64,000 bases of DNA from Lingula anatina. Lineage: Eukaryota > Animalia > Brachiopoda. The stretch covers positions 1,984,001 to 2,048,000 of the forward strand of contig CM120646.1 of assembly GCA_051362555.1 (NCBI GenBank), read 5' to 3'. This document shows, piece after piece, positions 61,844 to 64,000 of this stretch (its first letter is position 1; each line of letters starts with the position of its first letter). A program made the translations under genes and the position numbers. Below the pieces are notes generated by a model. It was not told the DNA's origin, ran no database searches, and saw nothing but the letters and a program-made list of their open reading frames with translations.

Positions 61844-62217
61844 AGAGACATCTTGCTCTAATAACTTTATGTTATTGACCTAAAATAATCCCATACAGCT
61901 TTAGCAGAGTGTTGACGGCTACTACATGTATTTCAAGGGAGGCATTCTGTTACAACTCCCATGGCTACATCATAATCGAATTTCTCGTTTTAATCAATAC
62001 GGATTTGGATTCCCTGAAAGACATTACCTTAAATCACCACACAATGACCCTATGTTACATTGTGAAAAGTGCGAATCGGCTGTTTTTACCAGCAAGACTT
62101 CGACCACTTTATTAAAGTAATGATAAACCAGCCCAGAACTAATGAGCCTGATAAACATTGGCCTACGAATGTAAAACAAGGCTATTGACAGCGACATGCC
62201 CTAAGTTCTAGCACATG

Positions 62218-62574
62218 TAGCTGTGCAGGTGTGACAGGAATGGTAGTCCTAGGAATAAGAGTTCGGTGTCCCAGATGACAAGTACAGGTCAGACCCGTGG
62301 CCAGGAATTTCAAAAGGGGGACTTTTTTTCTGAAAAATTGGACCTTTTACCATGAAACCTTCACGTACCTAGATAAAATTTTACCCAGAGGAGACCTTTT
62401 TACATCAAAAGGTTTTTTTTTTCGAATCCCCCCCCCCCCGGCTACGGGCCGGACAGGTTAGTGTTAGTCTGAGTATTGGGGTTAGTATATGGGACGAATG
62501 TCACCTGTACAAAGTAATGGGAAGCTGACTACGGTTCCTAGCGGACTACCATTCCTGTTACACCGGTGCAGCTA
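62218..62574. mobile_element. Degenerate foldback/MITE with a nested insertion
   Basis: TAGCTGTGCAGGTGTGACAGGAATGGTAGTCCTAGGAA pairs with TTCCTAGCGGACTACCATTCCTGTTACACCGGTGCAGCTA; arms extend about 70 bp. Confidence 0.7.
62290..62452. mobile_element. Short TIR element nested in the previous one
   Basis: CAGACCCGTGGCCAGG ... CCCGGCTACGGGCCGG ends, flanked by an ACAGGT direct repeat; homologous to 42179-42310. Confidence 0.7.
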
Positions 62575-64000
62575 ACAATATGAAATCACATTAACCATAA
62601 ATACAAGTTTGAGTGGCTGGTGGGCTTCTGCCTACACAGTTAAGCGTAATTGTCAGAGAGCTGAAGACGAGTCTCCTTCTACGGGACCTACATGTATCAT
62701 GACCCCTCCCCCCCTCCCCCCCCTCCCCCCCCCCCCCCCCCCCCCCCCCCAATAAATAGGCCTGTGTTTGTTAAAGCATATCAGTGACATAAGAGCGATA
62801 TTAGTTGGCTGATATTAATGTCACCCTGAAATCTCGGGCACACGCAGTGACAAGTGACATCAATTATAAATAAATATTGAGGAAGACCTCCCGTACGGGG
62901 GTAGAGGGGGGGCATCTGTAACGAGTAGGCCTACCTGTACAATGCCTGGAGCAGTGGTCTGAGCCTTGTAATTACCACAGTAATATGCAGTGTTTTCAAA
63001 GACTTAATGTTTGACTTGGACAAGGTTGAGAACCAGTAGGCCCTATATATTGTAGTCGGACACCAAGCCCGGCTGTTCTTACAGCGTTCTTATAACTCCA
63101 GTACAATATTATCCCAGCATGTTTACACAAGTCATGTATCTGTTTGGATGTCGGATGACCGTGAGTCTACCTGAATGTAACGAACCAATGTTTATAGTTA
63201 TTTAACATTCTGTGTCCTTATACAGCTAGCACGGTAACATATATTATACCAAAGTTTTCACAGAGTTGTTTTTTTTACCTTATATGATGACGGACTTCTC
63301 AAGTTGACTTGTAGCGGCTGCTGCGTGTTGGATGGTCGTGCGGTTTCTAATTACGCCAAAAGGTATTAGGCAATTATTGGATTATAATGTTTAAATATTA
63401 AAAGGCTCTAACTTTTTTCATTACTATACTGTATAATAATGTGTATTTCAAACATTTTTATTGTTTACGTAAGGATATGTTGTAATTGAGATACACAACC
63501 ATTTATATGTATTACAATATCAAAAATATTTATATTTTAAGACCTGTGGTAGTTAAAGACATATTACGCATGCGCTGGGGTTACTACCAACACAGAAGTT
63601 CCGCAGCATTCATTGCAGCTTTAAATAGGCTATTAAAATGTTTACTTAACGCTCGGGCTAAGCGAAAAGGGGGCCACTTTAACAATAACCATTAACTGTA
63701 TATCTGTGACTTTTATACAAACTTAATACACTATTATGAAACAGCTACAAGTGTAGGAAAAACAAACCTCTCAGAAAAATCAAGCCGGACAGAGCGCACT
63801 GTTAGGCTATTCTGTATTTGCCAAGAAATCAATTTAAAATTCATGTACTTAAAAATTACTTGTTGTTATGGATAACTCTTAACAAACTCAAGGTTCGATC
63901 CAGAGGTGTGGCTCTGTTGAAATATTCCAATAAAGAGTATGTTAAGTGAATATAACATGACTCGGCCTACTAAATAGCGTAACGCCGTTTATCCCTTTTC

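Noticed and set aside
62930-63350. Assigning the 5' non-coding exon of the 205-aa gene
   Set aside because: Several minus-strand donor-like sites (near 62934, 63170, 63278) are equally plausible without transcript data.
63892-63901. GGTTCGATCC B-box suggesting a tRNA or SINE
   Set aside because: No A-box or cloverleaf stems around it.

Overview
AT-rich animal (invertebrate bilaterian-like) genomic DNA; the taxon cannot be fixed from sequence alone. It contains no prokaryotic features. Most of the window is one + strand class-5 semaphorin gene. I traced 20 coding exons by hand (7010-49289), all with GT-AG introns and consistent phases, totalling 3201 nt = 1066 aa: signal peptide, Sema, PSI, seven TSP1 repeats, one transmembrane helix and a cytoplasmic tail. 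Its first coding intron is 25 kb and its 3' UTR is probably about 4 kb. Downstream on the - strand lie an intronless orphan rhodopsin-class GPCR (645 aa) with a repeat-expanded third intracellular loop, and a 205-aa uncharacterised gene with a motif resembling ciliary microtubule inner proteins. Several non-autonomous DNA transposons (Harbinger-like MITE, Helentron/HINE-like, hAT-like) are also present. The main finding is that the semaphorin frame continues without a stop for about 254 codons past the exon-16 donor. This read-through encodes a Cys cluster, a glycosylation-prone spacer and an acidic Ser-Gly tail, predicting a secreted, proteoglycan-like Sema5 isoform made by an alternative last exon. 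The same intron carries a TACTAAC motif next to the donor, seven TGCATG motifs and a second in-phase candidate terminal exon. All isoform claims are predictions that need RNA data.
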